64,000 nt of DNA, from the NCBI GenBank assembly GCA_963675665.1, contig OY776510.1:5024001-5088000 (forward strand), written 5' to 3'. This DNA comes from Spirochaetia bacterium (lineage in GTDB: Bacteria > Spirochaetota > Spirochaetia > UBA9216). Below the pieces are notes generated by a model that searched no databases, was not told the DNA's origin, and was given only the letters and a program-made list of their open reading frames with translations. This document shows positions 27,775 through 38,180 of the stretch, one piece after another. A program made the translations under genes and the position numbers. Numbering within the stretch: the stretch's first letter is position 1; each line of letters begins with the position of its first letter.

Positions 27775-29970
27775 ATGAATTTGGTAAAGGGCCGTGTTGT
27801 TTATCCAATTCTTTTTATATTGCTGTGCCTGTCAATCTATTTTATCAGTATGATTGAAACAAGCGGTTCGGTGTATCCTGAACAGAAAAAAGGCGAATAC
27901 CGTGATAACAGGGAAACTGCAGCCGAACTTTTCCCGGAGTCTAATTACATAAGGGTTTATTTTCAGCGGCTGCCGGGAGAAACAGCCTTCGAATACTATC
28001 GGGAAATCGATAAATGCGCTGATTATTTCAACCGGCTTGAATGGCCGGACATGGTAGTGGCGGCAACCCGGATACAGGACATCAATACGGAATCGATGCA
28101 GTTCAATTCCGAAAAAATCTACAATTCAAGCAGCAACTCGGCTGAATCACTTGATTATATGCTCCATGAAGTCCCTCTGTTTTCTCAATTGTTTCTGTCA
28201 AATGACAGAACCGGAAGTTATATCTACATTTTTTACCCTGAAGACTCGTGGGAAAAGAGTTTCTATCACGATATCGATACACTTGCAAACAAGTATCAAG
28301 ACCGGCTGGTTTTCCCGATGGGAATAACCATACTCGAAAAGCATATTTCTTTTATTGCAGAGACCGAGCTGGGGAAACTGGGCATTATTGCCGTTTTTGT
28401 TGTCCTGTTGATCGAAATTGTTTTTTTCCGCTCGATTCTTTTCGGCCTGCTTTTTTCACTGGTTTCCTTCATTCCCCCGATATATGTCATGTCGCTTTTC
28501 CCGCTGTTCAATATTGAGTTCTCGGTAATGCTCATTCCGGTGCCCATCCTAACCATGGTGCTGTCAACAACCTATACCCTGCATATTGTTTCCTACGCAA
28601 TTGCCCGACCGAACGATTCATTAAAGAAAAACCTTGTCCGGGTGCTGCCTGTGGTTTCAGCGGCGGCAGCAACAACATTGTTCGGTTTTGCAACAATGCT
28701 TTTTTCTTCATTGGGCAGAATTCAGGAACTGGGTATACTGATGCTGTTCGGAGTTCTAATCTCCATGGCTGTGGCATGGCTTGTCCTTCCTTCCATAATT
28801 CCATGTTACCTGAAAAACAAGCCTCCCGGTAAAAAATTGCTGAATAAAATTCCGATATCGAAATGCTATGCCCTGGGGTTTCTTCTGCTTCTGATTATAG
28901 GTATATCCGGAATATTCAAAACTGAGGATCATCGTTTTTACCTGGAAAGGACTGTAAGAACCACGCCTCTAAGCGAATACATAAAAAACTCGAGAAGAGT
29001 AACAGGAGCAAGCGATCAGTTTTTCATTATTATAGATACCGGCGAAGAATACGGATTCGTATCGCTGTCCAATTACCGGGCCCTCCTCAATGTCCGGAAA
29101 GAACTTGCTGCTTTGCCCTACTCCGGAGACATGCTGTCAATTACTGATCTTGCAGACTGGATAAACGGTAAAATTGAAGGAAGCGACAGCCCGATCCCGC
29201 CTGAAGATGAGATGGAAATAGGGGAATCTTTAGAGCTTCTCTTTTCAAGCGATTCAGGACTGAATCCTGAGTCACTGATAACCCAGGATTATTCAGCGGT
29301 TAGATTTCAACTGCTTGTCGACGCCTCCCAAAGCAATTCATGGAAATCGAACCTTGTTGTCAGTGACGTGAAAGATGAGATTTACAGTATATTTAAAAAA
29401 TGTTTTCCGGAAGCTGAAATCATTGTATTATCCGATTCTATAGGAATATCGGAATCACTTGATTATGTGAGAAACGGAATTCTTAATTCCTTGCTGTTGT
29501 TTTACCCGATTGTTTTCCTGTTTCTTGCAATACTTTTCAAATCTCCGCTTTCTGCAGCCATTGCAATTATTCCTTCGCTTTCCTCAGCCCTCCTTTATAT
29601 AGGTTTGATAGGCTATCTTGGTTTTTACTTCTCACTTTTCGCTTCAGTCTATATCTGCATGCTGATAGGCGTCAGCATAGACGACTCAGTTGTCCTTGTA
29701 CAATTCTTCCTGACTCATAAAAATCAGTATAAAGATACTTTCACTGCCATGCAGGAAAGCCTTAATGAAGTAGGTTCCGTTATAATAAGAACAACAGTAA
29801 TTATTATTTCAGGAGTTTCCGTTCTACTTTTATCTTCATACAGGGAAGCGGTCCAGAATACCATGCTTGTAATTGTCTGTTTTTCTTTTGCGACACTGCT
29901 GACGCTCTTTTTTATTCCCGTTGTCTTTTTAATAAATAAAAAGAAGAAGGTTTCGACAAATGAAAAATAA
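27775..29970 (+). CDS. MMPL/RND family membrane exporter
   Basis: Two repeats of a periplasmic loop plus TM block; TT..GF, IGVSIDDS motifs. Confidence 0.8.
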   Translation: MNLVKGRVVYPILFILLCLSIYFISMIETSGSVYPEQKKGEYRDNRETAAELFPESNYIRVYFQRLPGETAFEYYREIDKCADYFNRLEWPDMVVAATRIQDINTESMQFNSEKIYNSSSNSAESLDYMLHEVPLFSQLFLSNDRTGSYIYIFYPEDSWEKSFYHDIDTLANKYQDRLVFPMGITILEKHISFIAETELGKLGIIAVFVVLLIEIVFFRSILFGLLFSLVSFIPPIYVMSLFPLFNIEFSVMLIPVPILTMVLSTTYTLHIVSYAIARPNDSLKKNLVRVLPVVSAAAATTLFGFATMLFSSLGRIQELGILMLFGVLISMAVAWLVLPSIIPCYLKNKPPGKKLLNKIPISKCYALGFLLLLIIGISGIFKTEDHRFYLERTVRTTPLSEYIKNSRRVTGASDQFFIIIDTGEEYGFVSLSNYRALLNVRKELAALPYSGDMLSITDLADWINGKIEGSDSPIPPEDEMEIGESLELLFSSDSGLNPESLITQDYSAVRFQLLVDASQSNSWKSNLVVSDVKDEIYSIFKKCFPEAEIIVLSDSIGISESLDYVRNGILNSLLLFYPIVFLFLAILFKSPLSAAIAIIPSLSSALLYIGLIGYLGFYFSLFASVYICMLIGVSIDDSVVLVQFFLTHKNQYKDTFTAMQESLNEVGSVIIRTTVIIISGVSVLLLSSYREAVQNTMLVIVCFSFATLLTLFFIPVVFLINKKKKVSTNEK

Positions 29971-31285
29971 ATTCCTTCTGTTGTCTCTGACATTTTTATC
30001 CGTCATAATTCCCCTTTATGCAGAGAATGAAATGTTCCAGGAGTTTACTTTCTCTCTGAACACTTTAATTTTAAAAGACAGCGTTCATAATGCTGAATAT
30101 ACTGCCGATTTCGTCTGGAAACCCGAAATATTCGGATACTCGGATAAGTACGATCTCACATTCAAACCGGTTGTGTATTTTTTAATAAATGACGAGACTG
30201 AAGTTACAGCAGATATCAAGGAACTGGTTATGTCTTTTTCGTTAAGCAGTTCAATTGAAATCAGCGCCGGCAGATATATCCATGACGCGTCTTTTGCTTC
30301 ATTTTTCTCCAGAACAGCATTTGCACGAGTTACAGATTATCAGGAAATACTGGAGGGAAATCCTGATTCTGCCGTTTTACCCTCATGGCTTATAGAGGGT
30401 ACGTATTATTTCGGGGATCTGTATTTAAGAGCAAGTGCGGAACCTTTCAGGACTGAGCTTCCGTTTTTTGAAACCGACTCTGTATGGTTTCCCAATCTTG
30501 GGTTTACTGAAAAAATATCGTCGCCATTCGCTTCCGACGGGGTAATCGAGCTTGAAGGAATCAGTATTATAGAACCTGACCCGTCTACAAACTGGTACAA
30601 TTTCATTGAAGACATAGGCGGCGCCCTCGAATTCGGCGGGCGGCTCGGGCCCTGTGATTTTCTGACAATAATTTATTCCGGGCGCGATACTGTCCCCCTT
30701 TACTCGGCAGAAATAATCCTTAAAAACCTTGTTGATGATTACAGTGTTGTTCTCTACCCGGTAGAACAAAGGATCTATGCTGCCGGCATAGCCGCAAGAG
30801 GCGTGATCGGTCCTGTCGTTTTGTATGGAGAAAGCTCTTTTATTCTAAATAAACCTTTCATCAAAGAGACCTTTTATTCAACTTCCGCAGGGTTCGAAAC
30901 AGAATCTTATACCAGTAAATACATCGGGCTTACCGTCGGTGGAAGATGGGAATGGTGGGAGACAAACCTGTTTATAACTGCGGAATATACCGATGGGTAT
31001 ATTTTGAATGAAGAACCCCGTACAATCATGCCTTTTTTTCAACGGATGGCGCTGCTTTCGCTCCTGTGGACCCCTTTCGACGGTCAGTTATCACTCAATC
31101 TGAATGGGGTGGCAGATATTGAGGAAACAAGTTTTGCAGTCGCAACCGGTATTGAATATGCACCCGGCGAGGGTAAACTTTCCATAAAGCTCGGAATGCC
31201 GCTGTTTTTCGGAGCAGCCGACAGCACTCTCGGCCAGTACAGCGATATTATCTTTCCGACAATCAGCGCCTCAATTCTGTTCTAA
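29960..31285 (+). CDS. Putative outer-membrane beta-barrel protein
   Basis: Signal peptide, amphipathic aromatic-rich strands, terminal Phe; follows the MMPL gene. Confidence 0.6.
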   Translation: MKNKFLLLSLTFLSVIIPLYAENEMFQEFTFSLNTLILKDSVHNAEYTADFVWKPEIFGYSDKYDLTFKPVVYFLINDETEVTADIKELVMSFSLSSSIEISAGRYIHDASFASFFSRTAFARVTDYQEILEGNPDSAVLPSWLIEGTYYFGDLYLRASAEPFRTELPFFETDSVWFPNLGFTEKISSPFASDGVIELEGISIIEPDPSTNWYNFIEDIGGALEFGGRLGPCDFLTIIYSGRDTVPLYSAEIILKNLVDDYSVVLYPVEQRIYAAGIAARGVIGPVVLYGESSFILNKPFIKETFYSTSAGFETESYTSKYIGLTVGGRWEWWETNLFITAEYTDGYILNEEPRTIMPFFQRMALLSLLWTPFDGQLSLNLNGVADIEETSFAVATGIEYAPGEGKLSIKLGMPLFFGAADSTLGQYSDIIFPTISASILF

Positions 31286-31287
31286 CG

Positions 31288-33204
31288 TCAGTTAAATATA
31301 TCCGACAAAGCGGCCGCTCCAAGCCAGAAAGAGCCGGTGCTTGTGTATGTTGCCGTTTCTGTTGAAACAGTGTCTCCGGCAACAGTAAGGCTGTGCCATA
31401 CAGCAAGATTCATCGCCTCCGGAAGAGCAAGATAAAATGATCCGGTGTTATCATCAACCGAAATCGGACGGTCTGTGACAGGCTTAACCGAACCGTTAAA
31501 CTCGTCCAGGGCAGTTCGAAACGCGGTACGGTCTCCGGGATCGGCATAATTATCCAGATCTGCGTCATCAAGATCCAGGGATGAGGTATATTCCGCACCC
31601 CAGTAATGCCCGGCAGGATCTTCAAGAAGTCCATTCAAGTTCCAGTCATCAATATCGAGGATACCGCTGATGTTCGGGTTTACATTGAACGCGGTGATGG
31701 TCTCGCCGGGGTCCCACAATCCGTTGCGCGGCAACCCTGCATCCAACCATCCAAAATCGCCGATTCTGAATACTGCAGAGCCTGCATCGTCTGCGGGCAT
31801 CATTGACGTATCAAGTGTACCGTTAAGGTCGGCGTCATTGATTTTGAGATAATAAAAATGATCGGAACCGTCAAGCGCCGGTATATCCGCAGCGTTTTCA
31901 AACCCGCTGTTATCACTCATCCATTTATAAAAAACAGGCTCGCCTGTATCATGCAGGGCCAAAACTGAACTGAACACGGTTACCGAAAATGTATAAAACG
32001 AACCGAAATCTATTCCGACGGCATTCGCCGAAGGCCAGCCAGCAATGAAAACGTCTTCCATCCAGCTCCATATGTCAGTTATATTCGAAGCCGCAACGGG
32101 AATATAGGCTTTTATTCCCCCGCCTGCAGCAATGGAACTGTTGATTTCGGTAAGCGCGGTTTCAGCAAACTCCGAACCGATCGAAATATCGCTCCATCTA
32201 TCAGATACCTGTATGTCGCTTAGATCGATGTCGCTTTGTCCGACAACAAGAGCGCTGCCGGGACTCAGAGAAAAAGCGCTGCCGGTCCGGTTGCGGATAT
32301 CATTCAGGGCGCCGGTCATTCTCACTATTGCAGTTCGTATATCGGCTTTGGCATCGGACAGTTTTTTTTCCGCCTCATCGTCAGGATCAAAAAAATCTCC
32401 CGAAAAGAAGGATTGTATAAAATTAAAATCCGAAACCTCCCCGTTCAGAAAATCGAGAATTATAAGATTAATATCCGGCAGTATAAACTTGTAAGCCTGT
32501 GCGGTCTTAACCAGACTTCTGAACGCCGGAAGGTAAGAAGCAACAATTTCAATTTCAGCTTTCCCGATTACAAGCTGCTGTAATTGCCCGTTGTTATCCT
32601 CAATTCGTGTAATATCGCCGGGTATAATAATCTGCGCGTCATCGGAAATACTGTTTATTACATCAAAAACAGACTGAAAACGTTCCTGCAATCCAGTACT
32701 CATTACAGTACCGTTATTATCCTGTCCGCTGTTATTGAGAATAAATATCTTAACAGCAGCGACAACCTTTTCCGTAATCTGAATCAGAAAATCCTCCGGA
32801 TCAGAACTTAACGATGCATTTACTCCCTGGTAAGTCATTACAAAAAGTTCATCCAGATTTGAAGGATAATTGGCAAGACCGAAACAATCCCGGGCAAGAG
32901 ACACTATTTCAGGATCTACCGAAATATTTAAAACTTCAAGAACAGCGTACCCCATAAGGGCCTGATCATTGCTTTCATCATACAGCACAGCTTTTGAGAA
33001 ATCGCTCATCGCCTTTTCAAAATCCCTGTTTTTCAGTGCATCAAAAGCCGAGTTTACAGCCTCTGCGGAAGCTTCGGAATCTTTTGTATAATAAAATGCA
33101 CCATCGGCAGCGTCGTCGGATATTACCCCGTTGTTGCAGGCTGTCAATACAGCGATAATAAAAAATGCCGTCAGTAGCGGTAATATCACCCTTGTCAAGG
33201 CCAT
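31288..33204 (-). CDS. Large acidic lipoprotein with N-terminal TPR-like helix
   Basis: Lipobox LTAC; AF.AL...DFEKA..DF.KAV; several DxNxNG/DxD motifs. Confidence 0.65.
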   Translation of the reverse strand: MALTRVILPLLTAFFIIAVLTACNNGVISDDAADGAFYYTKDSEASAEAVNSAFDALKNRDFEKAMSDFSKAVLYDESNDQALMGYAVLEVLNISVDPEIVSLARDCFGLANYPSNLDELFVMTYQGVNASLSSDPEDFLIQITEKVVAAVKIFILNNSGQDNNGTVMSTGLQERFQSVFDVINSISDDAQIIIPGDITRIEDNNGQLQQLVIGKAEIEIVASYLPAFRSLVKTAQAYKFILPDINLIILDFLNGEVSDFNFIQSFFSGDFFDPDDEAEKKLSDAKADIRTAIVRMTGALNDIRNRTGSAFSLSPGSALVVGQSDIDLSDIQVSDRWSDISIGSEFAETALTEINSSIAAGGGIKAYIPVAASNITDIWSWMEDVFIAGWPSANAVGIDFGSFYTFSVTVFSSVLALHDTGEPVFYKWMSDNSGFENAADIPALDGSDHFYYLKINDADLNGTLDTSMMPADDAGSAVFRIGDFGWLDAGLPRNGLWDPGETITAFNVNPNISGILDIDDWNLNGLLEDPAGHYWGAEYTSSLDLDDADLDNYADPGDRTAFRTALDEFNGSVKPVTDRPISVDDNTGSFYLALPEAMNLAVWHSLTVAGDTVSTETATYTSTGSFWLGAAALSDIFN

Positions 33205-33367
33205 AGATTATCTACTCCATTGCTTATATACCAGTTTATCCTTCCGTTCTTCATTATTCAATAATTCCAGGAATAATTATCTCTGCCCCGTATTGGCGTC
33301 CACTCTGCCGATTCCGCTTTGATCTGCTTTTTTTTATAGACAACCGTCCGACAATATGTTACCATAA

Positions 33368-33389
33368 TACCAGTTTGGTGGTAACTTTA
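33368..33389. promoter_or_regulatory. TACCA-N6-TGGTA palindromic site (copy 2)
   Basis: TACCAGTTTGGTGGTAACTTTA upstream of the second ABC binding-protein gene. Confidence 0.5.
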
Positions 33390-33470
33390 TAACAATTAAA
33401 TAACAATATTAGTAAATTACTCACATTTATGTGGTAATAAAAATAAAAAACCAAAAAGGAGAGTGATGTA

Positions 33471-34466
33471 ATGAAAAAGCATGCTGGAATTATTATTCTG
33501 TGCATCTGTTTCATGCTGATTGCCCCCGGATTATTTGCCGGCGGACAACAGGAATCCGCGGACGGACAGCTTGAAATTGCAACCGTAGTAAAAATAACCG
33601 GAATACCGTGGTTCAACAGACTTGAAGAAGGTGTAAAACAGGCGGAAAAAGAGCTTGGCGTAAAAGCCTATCAGATTGGTCCTTCAGATGCCGATCCTGC
33701 CCAGCAGGTAAAGATGGTTGAAGATCTAATCAACAAAGGCGTCGACGCCATCTGTATTACACCCAATGATGCCAAAGCTCTGGAGCCGGCATTCAAAAAA
33801 GCAGCGGACAAGGGTATTGCAATTATCACCCATGAATCACCCGATCAGAAAGGCAAAGACTATGATGTAGAGTTGATTGATAATGTTAAATTCGGTCAGC
33901 ACTTCTGGGACATGCTTGTTAAATACATGGGAGATTCAGGGGATTACGCAATTTTTGTCGGCAGCCTGACTGTCCCCCTGCATAACCTGTGGGCCGATGA
34001 AGGCATTAAATACGCTGCAAAGAAGTATCCTAACCTCAACCTTATTACGGAAAGGATCCCCTGTGGGGAAGATCAGGAACTGGCCAAACAGAAAACTCTT
34101 GAGCTGCTCAAGACCTATCCGGATCTTAAAGGTATTGTAGGCTTTGGTAGTTTGGGACCTCCGGGTGCTGCCCAGGCCCTTAAAGAAAAAGGCCTTGACG
34201 GAAAGGTTACAGTAGTCGGAACCGTATTGCCGGATCACGCTGCTCCTTACCTGAAAGAAGGATCAATGCAGCATGGAATTCTGTGGGACCCGAAAGATGC
34301 AGGTTTTGCCATGACATGGATAGCAAAACAGGTTACCGAAGGGAAAACCATTACAAACGGCATGGAGATTCCTGGATTGGGAAAAGTAATGCTTGACGGC
34401 GATGTAATTAAGGTTGATGCTGTTATAGATATTACTAAAGATAATGTAGACAGTTTCGGTTTCTAA
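33471..34466 (+). CDS. Sugar ABC substrate-binding protein (LsrB/RhaS-like)
   Basis: FAGGQQE; VVKITGIPWFNR; PNDA; LWDP.DAG. Confidence 0.88.
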   Translation: MKKHAGIIILCICFMLIAPGLFAGGQQESADGQLEIATVVKITGIPWFNRLEEGVKQAEKELGVKAYQIGPSDADPAQQVKMVEDLINKGVDAICITPNDAKALEPAFKKAADKGIAIITHESPDQKGKDYDVELIDNVKFGQHFWDMLVKYMGDSGDYAIFVGSLTVPLHNLWADEGIKYAAKKYPNLNLITERIPCGEDQELAKQKTLELLKTYPDLKGIVGFGSLGPPGAAQALKEKGLDGKVTVVGTVLPDHAAPYLKEGSMQHGILWDPKDAGFAMTWIAKQVTEGKTITNGMEIPGLGKVMLDGDVIKVDAVIDITKDNVDSFGF

Positions 34467-34487
34467 TTTTAGCCAGATTAATCTACG

Positions 34488-34518
34488 GCCCCTTTGAGGA
34501 TATCAGAGGGGCTTTTTT
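34488..34518 (+). terminator. Hairpin/terminator after the binding-protein gene
   Basis: GCCCCTTTG...CAGAGGGGC followed by TTTTTT. Confidence 0.65.
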
Positions 34519-34556
34519 ACAGCGTGAATTCGCATATTAACTATACGAGGTAAACA

Positions 34557-36053
34557 ATGGCTTCAGTTTTTCTGGAAATGAAAAATATCAGCAAACGTTA
34601 CGCCGGAGTCCAGGCGCTTGACTCTGTTGATTTCAACATCATGGCGGGAGAAATACACTGCCTTGCCGGCACTAACGGTTCAGGGAAATCCACTATAATT
34701 AAAATAATATCCGGAGTTGAAAAGCCGGATATAGGCTCGGAAATCTATATAGAAGGTGATTTAAGTGTAAACAGGACCTCTATTGATTCCATTTACCAGG
34801 GAATTGAGGTCATTTACCAGGATCTGTCGTTATTTCCGAATCTGACGGTTGCCGAGAACATCGCTTTCACCGATGTTATTGCGGAAAAGAAAAAAGTAAT
34901 CAACCCGGCAGACCATAAAAAAACTGCCGCCGCCGCCATGGCCCGTATAGGCGTCAGGATACCGCTGTCGGCAAAAGTGGAAGAACTGTCTATTGCTGAT
35001 CAGCAGCTTGTAGCAATCTGCCGTGCTCTGACAGGAGACCTGAAACTGCTTATAATGGATGAACCAACAACAGCGCTTACAAGGAAAGAAGTAAACTCCC
35101 TTCTTGCCGTTGTTTCCGATTTAAAAACCAAAGGCATTTCCACCATGTTCGTAAGCCATAAACTCGACGAGGTAATGGAGATAGCTGAGAGAGTAACCGT
35201 TCTTCGGGACGGAAAGAAGATTGGCACATGGCCGGCATCTGAGCTTGACAGCAGAAAACTGGAATTCCAGATGACAGGGGAAAACTTTGAGTACACCCAT
35301 AATAAAGAGGTTGTGTCCGGAAAAGAGCCTGTATTAAAAATTGAGACCCTGTCAAAAAAGGATAACTTCAGAAACATCTCTTTGGACGTCTTTCCGGGAG
35401 AAATCGTCGGAATAACCGGGCTTCTGGGCTCGGGCCGAACCGAACTTGCAATGTCGATATTCGGGATGAATCCGGCTGACAGCGGAACAATAACGCTCGA
35501 CGGGAAAAAACTCAGATTAAAGTCGGTAAAAGATGCTGTAAAACACGGCATTGCCTATGTTCCGGAAAACAGGCTTGTTCAGGGATTGGTAATGGAACAG
35601 TCGGTATCAAAAAATACCATAATTACGGTTATTGATAGACTGCTGAAAAAGACGGGTCTTATTGATCATTCGAACAAGAATAGTAAAATCAACGAGCTGG
35701 TTGAAAAGTTCAAAATAAAAGTCCCGTCAATCGACGCACCGGTGTCTACACTTTCGGGAGGGAACCAGCAGCGCGTGGTCCTTGCGAAATGGATTGCAAC
35801 AAACCCTAAGCTGCTTATCCTGGATGGGCCGACAGTCGGAATTGATGTTGCCGCAAAGGGAAGCATCCATGAATCCATCAAACAACTTGCGGATGAAGGC
35901 CTCGGCGTAATAGTGATTTCAGATGAAGTCCCTGAAGTAATGAACAGCTGTCACCGGATCTTCGTCATGAATCGCGGAGAATTTATCAGGGAATTCATCA
36001 CACGGGATGTAGCCGAACAGGAAATTCTTGACTGCATTTCGCAGGCCGGTTAA
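34557..36053 (+). CDS. Sugar ABC transporter ATP-binding protein
   Basis: GTNGSGKST, DEPTTAL, LSGGNQQR, DGPTVGIDV. Confidence 0.95.
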   Translation: MASVFLEMKNISKRYAGVQALDSVDFNIMAGEIHCLAGTNGSGKSTIIKIISGVEKPDIGSEIYIEGDLSVNRTSIDSIYQGIEVIYQDLSLFPNLTVAENIAFTDVIAEKKKVINPADHKKTAAAAMARIGVRIPLSAKVEELSIADQQLVAICRALTGDLKLLIMDEPTTALTRKEVNSLLAVVSDLKTKGISTMFVSHKLDEVMEIAERVTVLRDGKKIGTWPASELDSRKLEFQMTGENFEYTHNKEVVSGKEPVLKIETLSKKDNFRNISLDVFPGEIVGITGLLGSGRTELAMSIFGMNPADSGTITLDGKKLRLKSVKDAVKHGIAYVPENRLVQGLVMEQSVSKNTIITVIDRLLKKTGLIDHSNKNSKINELVEKFKIKVPSIDAPVSTLSGGNQQRVVLAKWIATNPKLLILDGPTVGIDVAAKGSIHESIKQLADEGLGVIVISDEVPEVMNSCHRIFVMNRGEFIREFITRDVAEQEILDCISQAG

Positions 36054-36064
36054 GGGAGGATTAA

Positions 36065-37078
36065 ATGAAAAAACTGTTGAAACACCATGAAACCTATCTT
36101 GTAATAATCATTATTCTTTTATCCGCGATTATAACCTCCCGGAACCCAAACTTTTTCACATCCGAGAACATGTTTGATTTGCTGAAAAGCAACTCATTTA
36201 CGGGTATTCTTGCTATCGGGGTGCTCTTTGTACTTATAAGCGGCGGTATAGACATTTCGTTTGCCGCAACGGCAACTGTTGCCGAGTATATCACTGCACT
36301 GGTCATCATAAATCTGGGCGGCAATATTATTGCCGCAATACTGATAGCCGTTATCATAGGAAGCATCCTTGGGTTTATAAACGGCCTGCTTGTATATAAC
36401 TTTAAAATTCCGTCTATTATTACAACAATTGCCACAATGAACATTTACTACGGCCTGTTGACCTTTATCACGGGCGGAAAGTGGATATATTCACTACCTG
36501 ACTGGTTCAGGAATTTCGCACAGATAAGGCTTCTTACATTCTACAATGCAGACGGAATACCCTACGGGTTGTCGATTATCACATTTATCTGGATTCTTGT
36601 TGTTATTGCGGCAGTAATTATACTGCGCTTCACTATTCTGGGACGCAGCATCTATGCTGCAGGCGGAGACCGAAAGGCTGCAGTCCGGGCCGGTATAAAC
36701 GTATTTTTTACCGAAACCTTTGTCTATACCTTTATGGGTTTTCTGGCCGGGCTTGCCGGCGTTGTTCAGGCGCTTCTGGTGCAGACTGTTGCGCCGAATT
36801 CAATTGTAGGCAAAGAACTGAACGTTATCGCGGCTGTTGTTCTGGGCGGAGCAAGCCTGTCCGGGGGTAAAGGAAGCGTTATTGGGGCCCTGCTTGGAGT
36901 GGCGCTGCTGGCAATTCTTAAAAACGGAATGACTTTAATGGCGGTCCCGCCTGTATGGTACGAATTTCTGGTCGGAGTAGTTATTCTTATAAGCATAGGG
37001 TTCAGCTCATGGCAGGCCAAGATGAAATCAAGAAATACATCGGTAATTGAATTACTTCCCGGGGAGGCAGCTGAATGA
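36065..37078 (+). CDS. Sugar ABC transporter permease
   Basis: GGIDISF, GRSIYAAGG, ELNVIAAVVLGGASLSGG. Confidence 0.92.
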   Translation: MKKLLKHHETYLVIIIILLSAIITSRNPNFFTSENMFDLLKSNSFTGILAIGVLFVLISGGIDISFAATATVAEYITALVIINLGGNIIAAILIAVIIGSILGFINGLLVYNFKIPSIITTIATMNIYYGLLTFITGGKWIYSLPDWFRNFAQIRLLTFYNADGIPYGLSIITFIWILVVIAAVIILRFTILGRSIYAAGGDRKAAVRAGINVFFTETFVYTFMGFLAGLAGVVQALLVQTVAPNSIVGKELNVIAAVVLGGASLSGGKGSVIGALLGVALLAILKNGMTLMAVPPVWYEFLVGVVILISIGFSSWQAKMKSRNTSVIELLPGEAAE

Positions 37079-38076
37079 AAACCATGCTTAACAAAATGAA
37101 CAACGAAATGAAGATTTTAAGCCTGATCCTTGCTTTTGCATTTTTACTCATGGCCGTGCTCAGTCCGGGCCACTTCCTTAGACTCGGCACTTTTCAGGGA
37201 ATGGCATTCCAGCTGCCCGAGCTTGGACTGCTGTCGCTTGCCATGATGATTACAATGCTCACAGGAGGAATCAACCTGTCGATCATTGCAACAGCCAATA
37301 TTTCTGCCATTTTGTCCGCAATGATCCTGGTAAACAACGTTAATCCTGAAGCAGCAGCAGCCGCAGACGGATGGTATATTCTGCTTGCCGTTCTTACGGC
37401 GCTTGCCGTGTCGGTTGTTATAGGATTGTTTAACGGCATCCTGATATCAGTTATTAATATTCCGCCCATCCTGGCAACCCTTGGCACAATGAAACTGCTT
37501 CAGGGGCTTGCGTTCATTATTACAAAGGGATATGTAATATCAGGCATGCCGAATGCAATAAGTTTTATCGGCAACGGGACAATTGCGGCGGTGCCCTTCC
37601 CGCTGCTCATTTTTATCCTCTTTGCGGCAATAATGTCTGTTTACCTTAATCATACATCAACCGGATTCAATATCTTCATGTACGGCTCCAACCCGGTTGC
37701 CACCTTTTTCTCCGGAACGGACAATACGAAAGTAATAATCCAAACCTATATAATGTCAGGGCTGTACTGTGGAGTCGCCGCGCTTGTAATGATGTCCAGG
37801 TTCAATTCAGCGAAAGCCGGTTACGGTGAATCTTATCTGCTGGTCACAATTCTTGCGGCTGTTTTAGGAGGAGTAAAAAGCGAAGGCGGGTTCGGACAGG
37901 TCTCGGGTCTTGTATTGTCCCTTATCATACTACAGATAATTTCCAACGGACTGAACCTGCTGGGCGTCAGCTCCTTCATGACCATTGCTATCTGGGGACT
38001 GATAATGATAGGCGCCATGGTTATTCACTTTCTGGTTGAGAAAAGAAACCGGTACAAACTCAGTTTAAACCGCTAA
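37075..38076 (+). CDS. Sugar ABC transporter permease
   Basis: GGINLS, PPILATLG, YLLVTILAAVLGG. Confidence 0.92.
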   Translation: MKTMLNKMNNEMKILSLILAFAFLLMAVLSPGHFLRLGTFQGMAFQLPELGLLSLAMMITMLTGGINLSIIATANISAILSAMILVNNVNPEAAAAADGWYILLAVLTALAVSVVIGLFNGILISVINIPPILATLGTMKLLQGLAFIITKGYVISGMPNAISFIGNGTIAAVPFPLLIFILFAAIMSVYLNHTSTGFNIFMYGSNPVATFFSGTDNTKVIIQTYIMSGLYCGVAALVMMSRFNSAKAGYGESYLLVTILAAVLGGVKSEGGFGQVSGLVLSLIILQIISNGLNLLGVSSFMTIAIWGLIMIGAMVIHFLVEKRNRYKLSLNR

Positions 38077-38105
38077 CGCGGGTTTATTCAGCAGACAAGC
38101 TGATA

Positions 38106-38152
38106 AGGAGACCGTACAGATATGAAGAATATCGGAACGGTCTCCTTTTTTT
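38106..38152 (+). terminator. Rho-independent terminator
   Basis: AGGAGACCGT...ACGGTCTCCT followed by a U-run. Confidence 0.75.
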
Positions 38153-38180
38153 GTTTTACACTAATGATAAATCTAAATTT

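Noticed and set aside
33471-38076. AI-2 quorum-sensing (lsr) operon
   Set aside because: Only family-level resemblance of the binding protein; no lsrK, lsrR, lsrF or lsrG nearby
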